A stretch of DNA of 63,810 nucleotides from Candidatus Limnocylindria bacterium (GCA_036380455.1 DASVEQ010000035.1:1-63810), one strand, 5' to 3'; counted from the stretch's first letter, positions 1-8,329 are shown. Numbers and translations: made by a program. The notes: a model not told the origin generated them from the sequence alone.

Positions 1-244
1 TCGCCTCTCGCCAATCGGCTCCGTCGCCGGGGACCTCGATCGCCGCCACCACGAGATCGACGATCCCGTCGAGGATGTCGTCCTTGTCCGACACGTGCTT
101 ATAGAGCGACATGGCCTCGACGCCGAGCTCCGCGCCGAGCCGGCGCATCGTGAGCGCACCGAGCCCTTCGCGATCGGCGAGGCTCATGGCGGCCTGGAGG
201 ACCCGATGCCGGGACAGCGGTTCGCGACTTCGATCTCTGGTCAT
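1..244 (-). CDS. TetR/AcrR-family transcriptional regulator, N-terminal HTH part (3' end outside the window)
   Basis: Reverse-strand ATG at 244-242. The translation MTRDRSREPLSRHRVLQAAMSLADREGLGALTMRRLGAELGVEAMSLYKHVSDKDDILDGIVDLVVAAIE... is a typical TetR HTH. It is absent from the ORF track because the window edge truncates it. Confidence 0.85.
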   Translation of the reverse strand, partial: MTRDRSREPLSRHRVLQAAMSLADREGLGALTMRRLGAELGVEAMSLYKHVSDKDDILDGIVDLVVAAIEVPGDGADWREA

Positions 245-247
245 GCC

Positions 248-277
248 TTGACAAGATTACTAAGTAATGCCAAGACT
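248..277 (+). promoter_or_regulatory. Candidate promoter TTGACA-N18-AAGACT with a perfect palindrome ATTACTAAGTAAT (256-268) in the spacer; likely TetR operator
   Basis: AT-rich island in a GC-rich genome between the divergent TetR gene and the membrane-protein gene. The 13-bp perfect palindrome and the -35/-10-like hexamers were read directly from the sequence. Confidence 0.5.
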
Positions 278-409
278 ACAAAGTAAGCCGCCATCCCTGC
301 ATCCAGCGGGGGCGGATCTTCACCCAAGGAGTCACTCACCACCACCACCACCGGGTACGAGCCCCTCCCCGTCAACGTCAGAATCAAGATCTCGGCCCTG
401 TGGACGGCC

Positions 410-712
410 ATGCTGATCGTGTTCGCGTACGTCGACATCTTCGGCCTGTTCCGTCGCGACGTCCGAGCTGCCATCGAGGCCGGCGAGATCAGCGGGTTCA
501 GGATCGACCAGGTCTTCCTCCTGGCGACGACGATCTACATCGTGATTCCGACCCTCATGCTGGTCGCCACGCTGTTGCTGCGACCGAGACTGAGTCGCAT
601 CCTCAACGTGATTCTCAGCGTGATGTATGCCCTCACCATCGTCGTCGGGGCGATCGGGGAGTGGAGCTTCTACGTTCTCGGAAGCGCCGTCGAGGTGGCC
701 CTGCTCGGCTAG
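410..712 (+). CDS. Small integral membrane protein (resembles the DUF6326 family); true start probably upstream of 410
   Basis: Three to four hydrophobic helices. The in-frame upstream codons (from ~377) encode VNVRIKISALWTA, which looks like part of the conserved N-terminus. A Shine-Dalgarno AAGGAG lies at 326-331, but there is no in-frame ATG/GTG/TTG between 287 and 410. Confidence 0.7.
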   Translation: MLIVFAYVDIFGLFRRDVRAAIEAGEISGFRIDQVFLLATTIYIVIPTLMLVATLLLRPRLSRILNVILSVMYALTIVVGAIGEWSFYVLGSAVEVALLG

Positions 713-820
713 ATTGCCTATTGCGCCTGGACCTGGCCGCGCGCCACTTCATCGCGGGTCGAGACGGAGCCACTTCCCGCTCCTCGCGCCGTCGGCACGC
801 CCGCCGGATAGCAGCCGACG

Positions 821-1996
821 TCAGAGGCAGGCGCCGGTGTCGACGGCCGCCGTGGAGCCGATGAATGGGCCGATGCGGGCCACCGCCTCGTCGGCGCCGA
901 TCGCGTAGCCGACGTCCGGGTTCATTCGCGAGGCGCCGAAGATCACCCCGCCGACCAGCCCCGGCTCGATGACCAGCGGTCCGCCGCTGTTCCCGCGGCG
1001 CACCGCCGCGCGGAGCTCGACGACGCTGCGCTCGTACGCGCCGTCGCCGTAGATATTCGGACCGGCGATCTCATGCGAGGCGGTCACGCCGGCCGCGGTG
1101 ACGGTGAGATCGCCACCGCCGGGAAACCCGAGCGCCACCCCTGTCGTGCCGCGCGTCGGGGAGGTCGTGGCCAGCCGCAGTGCCGGGGCGCGAGCGGCGG
1201 GCGCGTGAAGCAGCGCCAGGTCCGCCTCCTCGTCGAAGGCGACCACCACCGCATCCAGGGTCTGCCCGCCGAGGGTCACCGTGGTCGCCTCGCTGCCGGC
1301 GACGACGTGCGCGTTGGTCACCGCATGGGTGGACGAGACGAAGAAGCCGCTCCCGACCGACAGATTGGCGCCGCAGCCGCCGGCGGTGATGCGAGCGGTC
1401 GAGGCCAGCGCGGATTCTGCAAGGGCGCGCGCCTCCGCATCGGCCGGCAGCTCGACCGGCTCCGCGGGCAATGGCTCCAGGCCGCCGAACAACGGTGGCA
1501 GGTCGGTCGTATCCAGAAGCGCGAGGAGACGGCCCGCCACGGTCATCGGCGGGGGCAGCCGCTCTGTGGCGATCCGGACGGCCACCGAGTCGTGCGCGAG
1601 CTGGCCGATCGACGGCGCCATGCCCATCGCCAGCATCCCGCCCAGCAGCCAGATCAACAGCACCACGTGGGCCGCTCCGACCAGCGCGCCACCCGCGGCG
1701 TCGATGGGCCGGAACGCGCTCCGACGCAGCCCATGGCTCATCTGCGCGCCGATCGCCGCCCCGGTCGCTTCGCCCGTGACGACGAACGCTCCCAGGCCCA
1801 GCACGGTCACCAGCGCTCGCATCGGCTGCTCGATCTGCGCGAGCTGCTCGCGCAGGACCGAGGCGAGGAAGAGCGCGAACGCGAAGCCGATGACCGCACC
1901 GGCCAGGCCGAGGATCGGGCCCAGGAACCCGGCGCGCGCTCCGGCCACCACGGACAGCAGCAGCAGGAGGATGGCGAGGGCGTCCAGCAGGTTCAT
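821..1996 (-). CDS. marP: MarP-family membrane serine protease (CvpA-like 4-TM domain plus trypsin-like S1C domain)
   Basis: The N-terminal hydrophobic CvpA-like region is followed by the catalytic triad contexts TNAHVV (His), DLALL (Asp) and GNSGGP (Ser). Confidence 0.85.
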   Translation of the reverse strand: MNLLDALAILLLLLSVVAGARAGFLGPILGLAGAVIGFAFALFLASVLREQLAQIEQPMRALVTVLGLGAFVVTGEATGAAIGAQMSHGLRRSAFRPIDAAGGALVGAAHVVLLIWLLGGMLAMGMAPSIGQLAHDSVAVRIATERLPPPMTVAGRLLALLDTTDLPPLFGGLEPLPAEPVELPADAEARALAESALASTARITAGGCGANLSVGSGFFVSSTHAVTNAHVVAGSEATTVTLGGQTLDAVVVAFDEEADLALLHAPAARAPALRLATTSPTRGTTGVALGFPGGGDLTVTAAGVTASHEIAGPNIYGDGAYERSVVELRAAVRRGNSGGPLVIEPGLVGGVIFGASRMNPDVGYAIGADEAVARIGPFIGSTAAVDTGACL

Positions 1997-2030
1997 CGGC
2001 CGCCAAGCCTAGCGGGTTGCCGCACCTAAT

Positions 2031-2202
2031 CACCCGCAGCGTTCAGGCGCCGCGAGAGCGCCTCGTTCCGTGGCGCCTGACTGCCCGCAGCGATCACCGA
2101 CCGCGGGAGCGCCTCGTTCCGTGGCGCCTGACTGCCCGCAGCGATCGCCGACCGCGGGAGCACCTCGTTCCGTGGCGCCTGACTGCCCGCAGCGATCAGG
2201 CT
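2031..2202. repeat. Tandem repeat, 51-bp unit x3 plus a partial fourth copy (consensus CCGCGGGAGCGCCTCGTTCCGTGGCGCCTGACTGCCCGCAGCGATCRCCGA)
   Basis: TGGCGCCTGA recurs at 2071, 2122 and 2173, giving a period of 51 bp. The array fills the intergenic gap between the stop of the 2201..2737 gene and the marP start. Confidence 0.95.
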
Positions 2203-2737
2203 ACCGCCGGCGGAACGCGAGCGCCGATGCCGCGGCGGCGAGAACGACGACCAGTCCCGTGAGCAGCAGCGCCGGCGGGATGGACTCGCCGCCTGCCGGC
2301 TCATCCGCAACCGATCTGGCCATGGCCGGTCGAAGCGCCTCCAGTTCGGGGCGCCATTCGGTCGTCCCCGTGCAGATGCTGTCGCGCAGGGTCTCGCCGT
2401 CGATCCATGGGACGACGAGGTACGTTGCACCGGCGGTCCACTGGCGGTCGTCCTCGCTGAAGCCGCCGCCGAAGGCGGCGTCCGCGCCGCCTTCGTCCGA
2501 GAGGCCGCGGACCTCCACCACGTCGTCCACGTCGCCCGCCCAGATGTCGCGGACGGCGATCGTGGCGACCGGACCAGCCGTCGCGGTGACAACCCCGACG
2601 AAGGCTACCGGAGCCACGGCGAGCGCCTCGTCGACCGGCCCGGCCGGCTGGCAATCGGCACCTGCCGGCCCGGCAGCCAGCACCGTCAGGCCGAGCGCCA
2701 GGATCGCGGTGGCGGACAGGCGTCGAGGTGGCTGCAT
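2201..2737 (-). CDS. Exported protein with N-terminal signal peptide and C-terminal TM anchor, two Cys; function unknown
   Basis: The signal-like N-terminus is MQPPRRLSATAILALGLTVLAAGPAGADC and the C-terminal hydrophobic helix is ALLLTGLVVVLAAAASALAF followed by RRR. GC3-biased coding frame. Confidence 0.7.
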   Translation of the reverse strand: MQPPRRLSATAILALGLTVLAAGPAGADCQPAGPVDEALAVAPVAFVGVVTATAGPVATIAVRDIWAGDVDDVVEVRGLSDEGGADAAFGGGFSEDDRQWTAGATYLVVPWIDGETLRDSICTGTTEWRPELEALRPAMARSVADEPAGGESIPPALLLTGLVVVLAAAASALAFRRR

Positions 2738-2845
2738 CAGGGCTCAGACGCATCGGCCGGCGGTGTGGGTTCCGAGGGTTGTCGCGAGGGCGCGGTGTAT
2801 CGTATCGATCCCATTCGAGCATCAACACCGGAGGGCCCAGGCCAC

Positions 2846-3694
2846 ATGGCGCGAATCATCCGCGCGGCACTGCTCCAGGCGGAGTGGACCGGCGACAAGG
2901 AGTCGATGATCGAGAAGCACGAGAAGTACGCGCGCGAGGCCGCAGCCCAGGGCGCGAAGGTCATGTGCTTCCAGGAGCTCTTCTACGGCCCCTACTTCTG
3001 CCAGGTCCAGGACCCGCAGTACTTCAGCTACACCGAGCACATCCCGAACGGTCCGACCACGAAGCGGATGCAGGAGCTCGCCAAGGAGACCGGAATGGTC
3101 CTCATCGTGCCGATGTACGAGGAGGACGAGCAGACGACCGGGATCTACTACAACACTGCGGCGGTGATCGACGCCGATGGGATGTACCTGGGCAAGTACC
3201 GCAAGACGCACATCCCGCACGTCAAGGGCTTCTGGGAGAAGTACTACTTCCGCCCCGGCAACACCGGCTACCCCGTGTTCGACACCGCCGTCGGCAAGGT
3301 GGGCGTCTACATCTGCTACGACCGGCACTTCCCCGAGGGCGCGCGGGCGCTGGGCCTCAACGGCGCCGAGCTGGTCTTCATCCCGTCGGCGACGTCGCGT
3401 GGGTTGAGCGAGTACCTGTGGCGCGTCGAACAGGTCTCGCACGCGCTGGCGAACGGGTATTTCGTGGGGACGATCAACCGGGTCGGCATCGAGCCACTCG
3501 GCGACGATGACTTCTACGGCCAATCGTACTTCGTCGACCCGCGCGGCCAGTTCGTCGGCGAGGTCGGCGATGCGCACGAGGAGGAGCTCATCGTCCGTGA
3601 CCTCGACCTCGACAAGATCGAGGAGGTCCGCCAGACATGGCAGTTCTTCCGCGATCGCCGTCCGGACGCGTACGAAGATCTTGTCCGACCGTAG
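2846..3694 (+). CDS. Carbon-nitrogen hydrolase, beta-ureidopropionase / N-carbamoyl-amino-acid amidohydrolase-like
   Basis: CN-hydrolase Glu-Lys-Cys contexts are present: CFQELF, YRKTHIP and ICYDRHFPE. The start was moved to ATG 2846 (MARIIRAALLQ), which is preceded by GGAGGG at 2830-2835. Confidence 0.85.
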   Translation: MARIIRAALLQAEWTGDKESMIEKHEKYAREAAAQGAKVMCFQELFYGPYFCQVQDPQYFSYTEHIPNGPTTKRMQELAKETGMVLIVPMYEEDEQTTGIYYNTAAVIDADGMYLGKYRKTHIPHVKGFWEKYYFRPGNTGYPVFDTAVGKVGVYICYDRHFPEGARALGLNGAELVFIPSATSRGLSEYLWRVEQVSHALANGYFVGTINRVGIEPLGDDDFYGQSYFVDPRGQFVGEVGDAHEEELIVRDLDLDKIEEVRQTWQFFRDRRPDAYEDLVRP

Positions 3695-3699
3695 GACCG

Positions 3700-4074
3700 A
3701 TGCGACCGGAGCTCATTCGGCGCGCGGAGCGTCGACCGGCCACCGGCCTGCCCGCGGGCAGCATCGGCGAGGAGGCCTTCGCCGATCCCGGCGCGTGGGT
3801 CGGGTTCATCGAGCTGACGCCGGGTTCGACGTCAGGCTGGCATCACCACGGTAAGTGGGACAGCTACGCCTGCGTTCTGGCCGGCGTCCTTCGCTGGGAG
3901 TTCGGGCCCGGCGGCACCGATGCGATCGAGGTCGGTGCCGGCGACACGGGCCGGATGCCCGCCCACATCGTGCACCGCGATGTCAGTGCCGGCGACGAGG
4001 CCCTGTCGATGATCCTGTTCCGGGCCGGAGATGGTGAGCTCACGGTGAACGTCGACGGTCCGGACCGGGGGTGA
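3700..4074 (+). CDS. Cupin-domain protein
   Basis: Cupin-like motifs GWHHHG and PAHIVHRD. The start was chosen at ATG 3700, just after the upstream stop codon. Confidence 0.7.
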   Translation: MRPELIRRAERRPATGLPAGSIGEEAFADPGAWVGFIELTPGSTSGWHHHGKWDSYACVLAGVLRWEFGPGGTDAIEVGAGDTGRMPAHIVHRDVSAGDEALSMILFRAGDGELTVNVDGPDRG

Positions 4075-4267
4075 TGGTGTCAGGCCTGCGATGGGCGCAC
4101 GGCAGGCAGCCAGAACCGGCGGCCGGGACCGATGCAGGCTGGCTTCCCGAGCGTGCGCTCGCGCCGATGCGCCGGATCGGCCACCGTGGCGTCGCCGAAC
4201 GTGACGCGGGGGTCACGAATGTCAGCAGCCGGGGGCACGCGAACGCAGACGGAGGACGAAGACGATC

Positions 4268-5269
4268 ATGAAGTTCGGGATCACCCTCAAGCCGGACCAC
4301 CGGTACGAACGGAGCATCGAACTCACAAAGCGTGCCGAGGGGAATGGGTTCGCGTATGGCTGGATGTTCGACTCGCACGTGATCTGGCGCGACCCGTACC
4401 CGATCCTCACGCTGATGGGCGAGGCGACCACGGAGATGCGGCTGGGCACGTGCGTGACCAACCCGGCCACGCGCGACGTCACGGTCACCGCCTCGGCCCT
4501 GGCCACGATGAACGAGATGACCGGCGGCCGGATGGACCTCGGCATCGGCCGCGGGGACAGTGCGCAGCGGGTCATGGGCAAGAAGCCGACGACGGTCGCG
4601 TACATGGAGGAGTGCTGCCGGGTCGTCCGCGCGCTCACCGCCGGCGAGAAGATCATGCTGGACGGCACCGAGGTCCAGATGCCGTGGGTGACCCATGGCC
4701 CGGTTCCGATCTGGGTGGCCGGCTATGGACCGATGGCGCTCTCCGCTGCCGGCCGAGTCGCGGACGGGATCATCCTCCAGGTCGCCGATCCGGACATCAT
4801 CCGCTGGTGCCTGGGCTTCGTCCGCGCCGCCGCGGAGGAGGCCGGCCGCGATCCCGACTCGATCGAGGTCATGGCCGCCGCCCCGGCCTACGTATCGGAC
4901 GACCTGGCCCTGGCTCGTGACAAGGTGCGCTGGTTCCCGGCTCTCGTGAGCAACCACGTCGTCGACCTCATCAACAAGTACCCGAAGGACGACCTGCCCG
5001 AGTCACTGTGGAAGTACGTCGAGAACCGCGAGGGCTACGACTACCTTCATCACGCCGAGGTCGGCAGCGACAACGCCCGCTTCGTTGGCGACGAGATCAC
5101 CGATGCCTTCGCCGTTGTCGGGCCCGCATCGGCTCACCGGGAGCGGCTCGAGCAGCTCCGCGAGGTCGGGGTCACGCAGTTCAACATCTATCTGATGAAC
5201 GGGAATGAAGAGGAGCAGCTGGACCTCTACCGGCCGATCATCCACGAGCAGGCCGCCGCGCCGGCGTGA
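4268..5269 (+). CDS. Luciferase-like monooxygenase (LLM) class, probably F420-dependent oxidoreductase
   Basis: LLM-type sequence (MKFGITLKPD..., GIGRGDSA, VAGYGP). An RBS GGAGGA lies upstream. F420 biosynthesis genes are present in the same window. Confidence 0.8.
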   Translation: MKFGITLKPDHRYERSIELTKRAEGNGFAYGWMFDSHVIWRDPYPILTLMGEATTEMRLGTCVTNPATRDVTVTASALATMNEMTGGRMDLGIGRGDSAQRVMGKKPTTVAYMEECCRVVRALTAGEKIMLDGTEVQMPWVTHGPVPIWVAGYGPMALSAAGRVADGIILQVADPDIIRWCLGFVRAAAEEAGRDPDSIEVMAAAPAYVSDDLALARDKVRWFPALVSNHVVDLINKYPKDDLPESLWKYVENREGYDYLHHAEVGSDNARFVGDEITDAFAVVGPASAHRERLEQLREVGVTQFNIYLMNGNEEEQLDLYRPIIHEQAAAPA

Positions 5270-5311
5270 GCCGCTGGCGGTCGACCGGACCTTGACGACG
5301 ATGACCTCGAG

Positions 5312-6115
5312 ATGAGCCGTTCCCCCGACGGCCACGGTCACCCGCTGGCTGGGGCCGTCGAGCGCGACTTCGTCGCGGCCTGGTGGCTGCTGGCCGATGC
5401 CGCCGACGTCGAGCGCGAGGACACCGGGACCCTCCGCTGGTACCACTCCGGCCTTCCCGACATGCACCTGAACGCGGTGCTCACCACACACCTCGAGTCG
5501 GACGGGGCCGACGGAGTCATCGACGAAACGCTGGCGCGCTTCCGCGAGCGACGCGCGCCGTTCATCTGGTGGGTCATGCCGAGCGCCTCGCCCGCCGACC
5601 TCGCCGAACGGCTGACGGCACGCGGCCTGGCGGACGACGGCAGATGGCCAGCCTACGCCGTCACCACCGATGGGCTGGTGGATCCGCCGCCGGTCGACGG
5701 GCTGGAGATCCGCCGGGTGAGGACGCCGGATGAGCTCGACATCTACCTCGGCCTCTACGCCCCGATCCTCAGCCCGTCCCCGGCCTTCACCGAGCTGTTC
5801 GTGGTCGCCGCGAGGCGCATCGGCTTCGGCGAGGACGCGTCGGAGGAGCACTTCATCGGCCTCCTCCGCGGCGAGCCGGTTGCGACCGTCAGCGTCGTGA
5901 CCGCCGGGGGAGCGGCGGGCATCTACAACGTGACGACCGTCGAGGCGGCCCGGGGGCGCGGGATCGGCGCGGCGATGACGGTCGCGGCGGTGCGACACGG
6001 CGCAGGCCGCGGCTTTCGGTTGGCGACCCTGCAGGCCTCGACCATGGGTCGCCCGGTCTACGAGCGACTCGGATTCGAGTTCGTCTGCGACCTGCTGCCG
6101 TACCGCATGCCGTGA
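5312..6115 (+). CDS. GNAT-family N-acetyltransferase
   Basis: The C-terminal acetyl-CoA motif RGRGIGAAM and YERLGF are present. The stop overlaps the next gene's start (GTGA). Confidence 0.8.
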   Translation: MSRSPDGHGHPLAGAVERDFVAAWWLLADAADVEREDTGTLRWYHSGLPDMHLNAVLTTHLESDGADGVIDETLARFRERRAPFIWWVMPSASPADLAERLTARGLADDGRWPAYAVTTDGLVDPPPVDGLEIRRVRTPDELDIYLGLYAPILSPSPAFTELFVVAARRIGFGEDASEEHFIGLLRGEPVATVSVVTAGGAAGIYNVTTVEAARGRGIGAAMTVAAVRHGAGRGFRLATLQASTMGRPVYERLGFEFVCDLLPYRMP

Positions 6116-7242
6116 CGGGCACGGCCCTTGCTCCGATCGGCGGCATGACCTCCACGCCGACCACCACGAAGCCCGGGCCGGACCAGGCCTTCCTGCACGC
6201 CCTCATGCGCATCCTGGCCGAGGCGGAGTCGACGGACGCACCGATCATCAGTGCCTACATCGACGTGCGCCCCGAGGCCCACGGCGCGCGACCCGCCGAA
6301 CGGAACGAGCTGACGGTGGCACGCGCGCGGCTCGACGAGATCGCCGCATCGCACGATGCGCACTCGCCCGCGCGAGAGTCGGTGGATGCGGATCGCGAGC
6401 GGATCGACCGCCTGCTCGAGGGCGAGGATCTGAGCGGCGTCGGGGGTGTCGCGATCTTCGCCTGCGACCGCATCGGCCTGTGGGAGGCCATCCGGGCGGA
6501 GGTCGCCTTCGACACGCAGGTCAGCGCCGGTCCGACGGCGGAGCTCTTCCAGCTGGCGCGCCTCCTGGATGACCAGGTCAGTGCGGTCGTGGCGGTGGTG
6601 GACACGAACACCTGCCGGCTCTTCGTCACACGTCGCGGTGGCCTGTCGGAACGCCGAGGTCCCGACGAGGGTCCGGACGAGCACCGGCGCCGCGCGGCCG
6701 GCGGATGGTCGCAGGCCCGCTATCAGCGCCACATCGACATGCAGGATCTGCGGTTCGCGAAGGAGGCCGCCGAAGCAATCGACGCCCTGGTCCGGCGGGA
6801 GAAGCCGTCGCACGTCCTGTTGGCTGGCGACGAGCGGGCGATCTCGGTCCTCGAGCCGGAGCTGTCCGGGGCGGTGCGCCCGCTGGTCGAGCACGTCGCC
6901 CGGATCGGGATGCGCGCGAGCGCGGATGACGTTCGCGAGGAGATCGTGCCGATCCTGGCCGCGCTCGAGGAGGCGGACGGCGCAGATGCCGCGGATCGGG
7001 CAATCGCCGGCTGGCGAGCGGGGGCGCTGGGGACCGTGGGGATCGATGGCTCCATGGCGGCACTGGAGGCCGGGCAGGTCGACGAGCTGATCATCGACGA
7101 GACCGCGAACCTCGATGAGGACCTGCGCGCCGAGCTCGTCCGTCAGGCGTCGCTCACCCATGCCATGGTCGAGATCGTCCGCGGGCACGAGCGCCTGCTG
7201 CGCCACGACGGCGTGGGCGCCACGCTTCGCTATCGGCGGTAG
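6112..7242 (+). CDS. eRF1/Pelota/Vms1-like (bacterial aeRF1, baeRF-type) protein
   Basis: A Gly-Gly-x-Ser-Gln loop (AAGGWSQARYQRHID) is present and the C-terminus ends in GVGATLRYRR, like eRF1/Pelota domain 3. The GTG start overlaps the GNAT stop. An alternative start is ATG 6145. Confidence 0.65.
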   Translation: MTGTALAPIGGMTSTPTTTKPGPDQAFLHALMRILAEAESTDAPIISAYIDVRPEAHGARPAERNELTVARARLDEIAASHDAHSPARESVDADRERIDRLLEGEDLSGVGGVAIFACDRIGLWEAIRAEVAFDTQVSAGPTAELFQLARLLDDQVSAVVAVVDTNTCRLFVTRRGGLSERRGPDEGPDEHRRRAAGGWSQARYQRHIDMQDLRFAKEAAEAIDALVRREKPSHVLLAGDERAISVLEPELSGAVRPLVEHVARIGMRASADDVREEIVPILAALEEADGADAADRAIAGWRAGALGTVGIDGSMAALEAGQVDELIIDETANLDEDLRAELVRQASLTHAMVEIVRGHERLLRHDGVGATLRYRR

Positions 7243-7266
7243 GCCTCCGCGCGGCGTCGGCCGCCG

Positions 7267-7485
7267 TCAATGGCGCTGGGCGACCTGCGCCGTGCAGTCG
7301 GAGCAGACGTCCGTGAGCTCGGCGAGCGCGTGAGCCTCGACGTCCGCGCCGTAGTTCCGACCGCAGTACGTCCGGTGGCCGATGAGCTGGGCGTCGCTCC
7401 ACCGTTCGGCCGCGGCGACGTGCCAGATGTTCTCGTTCGATCCCTGGAGCCCGAACGGTGGCTCCGGGCGAAGCTCTTCTGCCAT
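7267..7485 (-). CDS. Small hypothetical protein (72 aa, three Cys)
   Basis: GC3-rich frame lying 48 nt downstream of the HhH-GPD gene on the same strand. No recognisable family. Confidence 0.5.
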   Translation of the reverse strand: MAEELRPEPPFGLQGSNENIWHVAAAERWSDAQLIGHRTYCGRNYGADVEAHALAELTDVCSDCTAQVAQRH

Positions 7486-7533
7486 GGCTCCAGTGTACGT
7501 GCGGGCCCGCCGACAGCTCCGCGCCGGCGAGTG

Positions 7534-8097
7534 TCAGCCCTGGCGAGCGCGCAGCTCCGCCTTGTGTGCCCGCTTCTTGGCCTGGTAGTCCGTCAGCGCC
7601 TGCGGTGAATCCACGTCGCCCAGGGTCGGATGCTTCGGCATCACATCCTCGATGCCCGGGGGGCGAACGTCGAATCGGTTGACAAGCACCGCCGTCAGGG
7701 AGGCGACCTTCATCGCGCCGAAGCCCGGAGTCGCGCCGATGCGCCGCTGGAGATCCCGCCCATCGGACGCCTCGGTCCAGAGGCGGGCCGCATCGCCGTC
7801 GTAGGTCGTCACGATGTGCTGCGCCACCTCGCGGACGCGCTTCGCCATGGCCGCCGGGAAGCGGTGGATGGCCGGCGGACCTTTGGCGGCCGCAAGCAGC
7901 GCATCGTCGTCGACCGTCGCCAAGGCCCGCGCGTCGATGCTCCCGAGGCGATCCAGCAGCACCTTGGGGCCGGAGAAGGCCTTCTGCACCGGCACCTGCT
8001 GGTCCAGCGCGAAGCCGATGAGCAGCGCCATCGGCTCGGTTGCCAGCAGGCGGTCGGCCTCGTCGTCGCCGGTCAGGTAGAGCCGGTCCACGCTCAT
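7534..8097 (-). CDS. HhH-GPD-type base-excision-repair family protein
   Basis: MSVDRLYLTGDDEADRLLATEPMALLIGFALDQQVPVQKAF resembles the uncharacterised HhH-GPD family. The start at 8097 is supported by a TACCAT box 7 nt upstream. Confidence 0.7.
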   Translation of the reverse strand: MSVDRLYLTGDDEADRLLATEPMALLIGFALDQQVPVQKAFSGPKVLLDRLGSIDARALATVDDDALLAAAKGPPAIHRFPAAMAKRVREVAQHIVTTYDGDAARLWTEASDGRDLQRRIGATPGFGAMKVASLTAVLVNRFDVRPPGIEDVMPKHPTLGDVDSPQALTDYQAKKRAHKAELRARQG

Positions 8098-8104
8098 GCG
8101 GCCC

Positions 8105-8110
8105 ATGGTA
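8105..8110 (-). promoter_or_regulatory. -10-like box TACCAT, 7 nt upstream of ATG 8097 (leaderless-type)
   Basis: TANNNT hexamer-N7-ATG read on the minus strand. Confidence 0.4.
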
Positions 8111-8329
8111 GCGCGGCCATGCGGGTGACGGCCGGCTCCGACTTGCCTGAGCGGCAATCAACGAACAGTTTCGACGCCAATCTGATCGTGGTTTGCCGCC
8201 GGCACAAGCCACGACCACCATGCGGCCTCCCGCGCGCCAATGCTGGTCGTTGTTTGCCACGTAGAAAAAGGTTGGTTGCGGCGGCTGTAGCATGGCGGCC
8301 GTGTCGATGATCAGATGACGGAGGTACCG

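Noticed and set aside
2031-2202. CRISPR array hypothesis for the 51-bp repeats (also 28111-28263)
   Set aside because: The units are directly abutting with no unique spacers, there are only three copies, and no cas genes are in the window.
2017-2592. ORFs 2017..2262 (+) and 2026..2592 (-) with internally repeated peptide segments
   Set aside because: The repeated peptides are just translations of the 51-bp tandem DNA repeat. There is no start context, and the ORFs overlap the better-supported exported-protein gene.
8098-8329. Imperfect palindrome TTGCCGCCGGCAC and repeated GTTTGCC motifs in the divergent region upstream of the hydantoinase gene
   Set aside because: The symmetry is weak and there is a single occurrence. 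I cannot distinguish it from chance without a comparative alignment.
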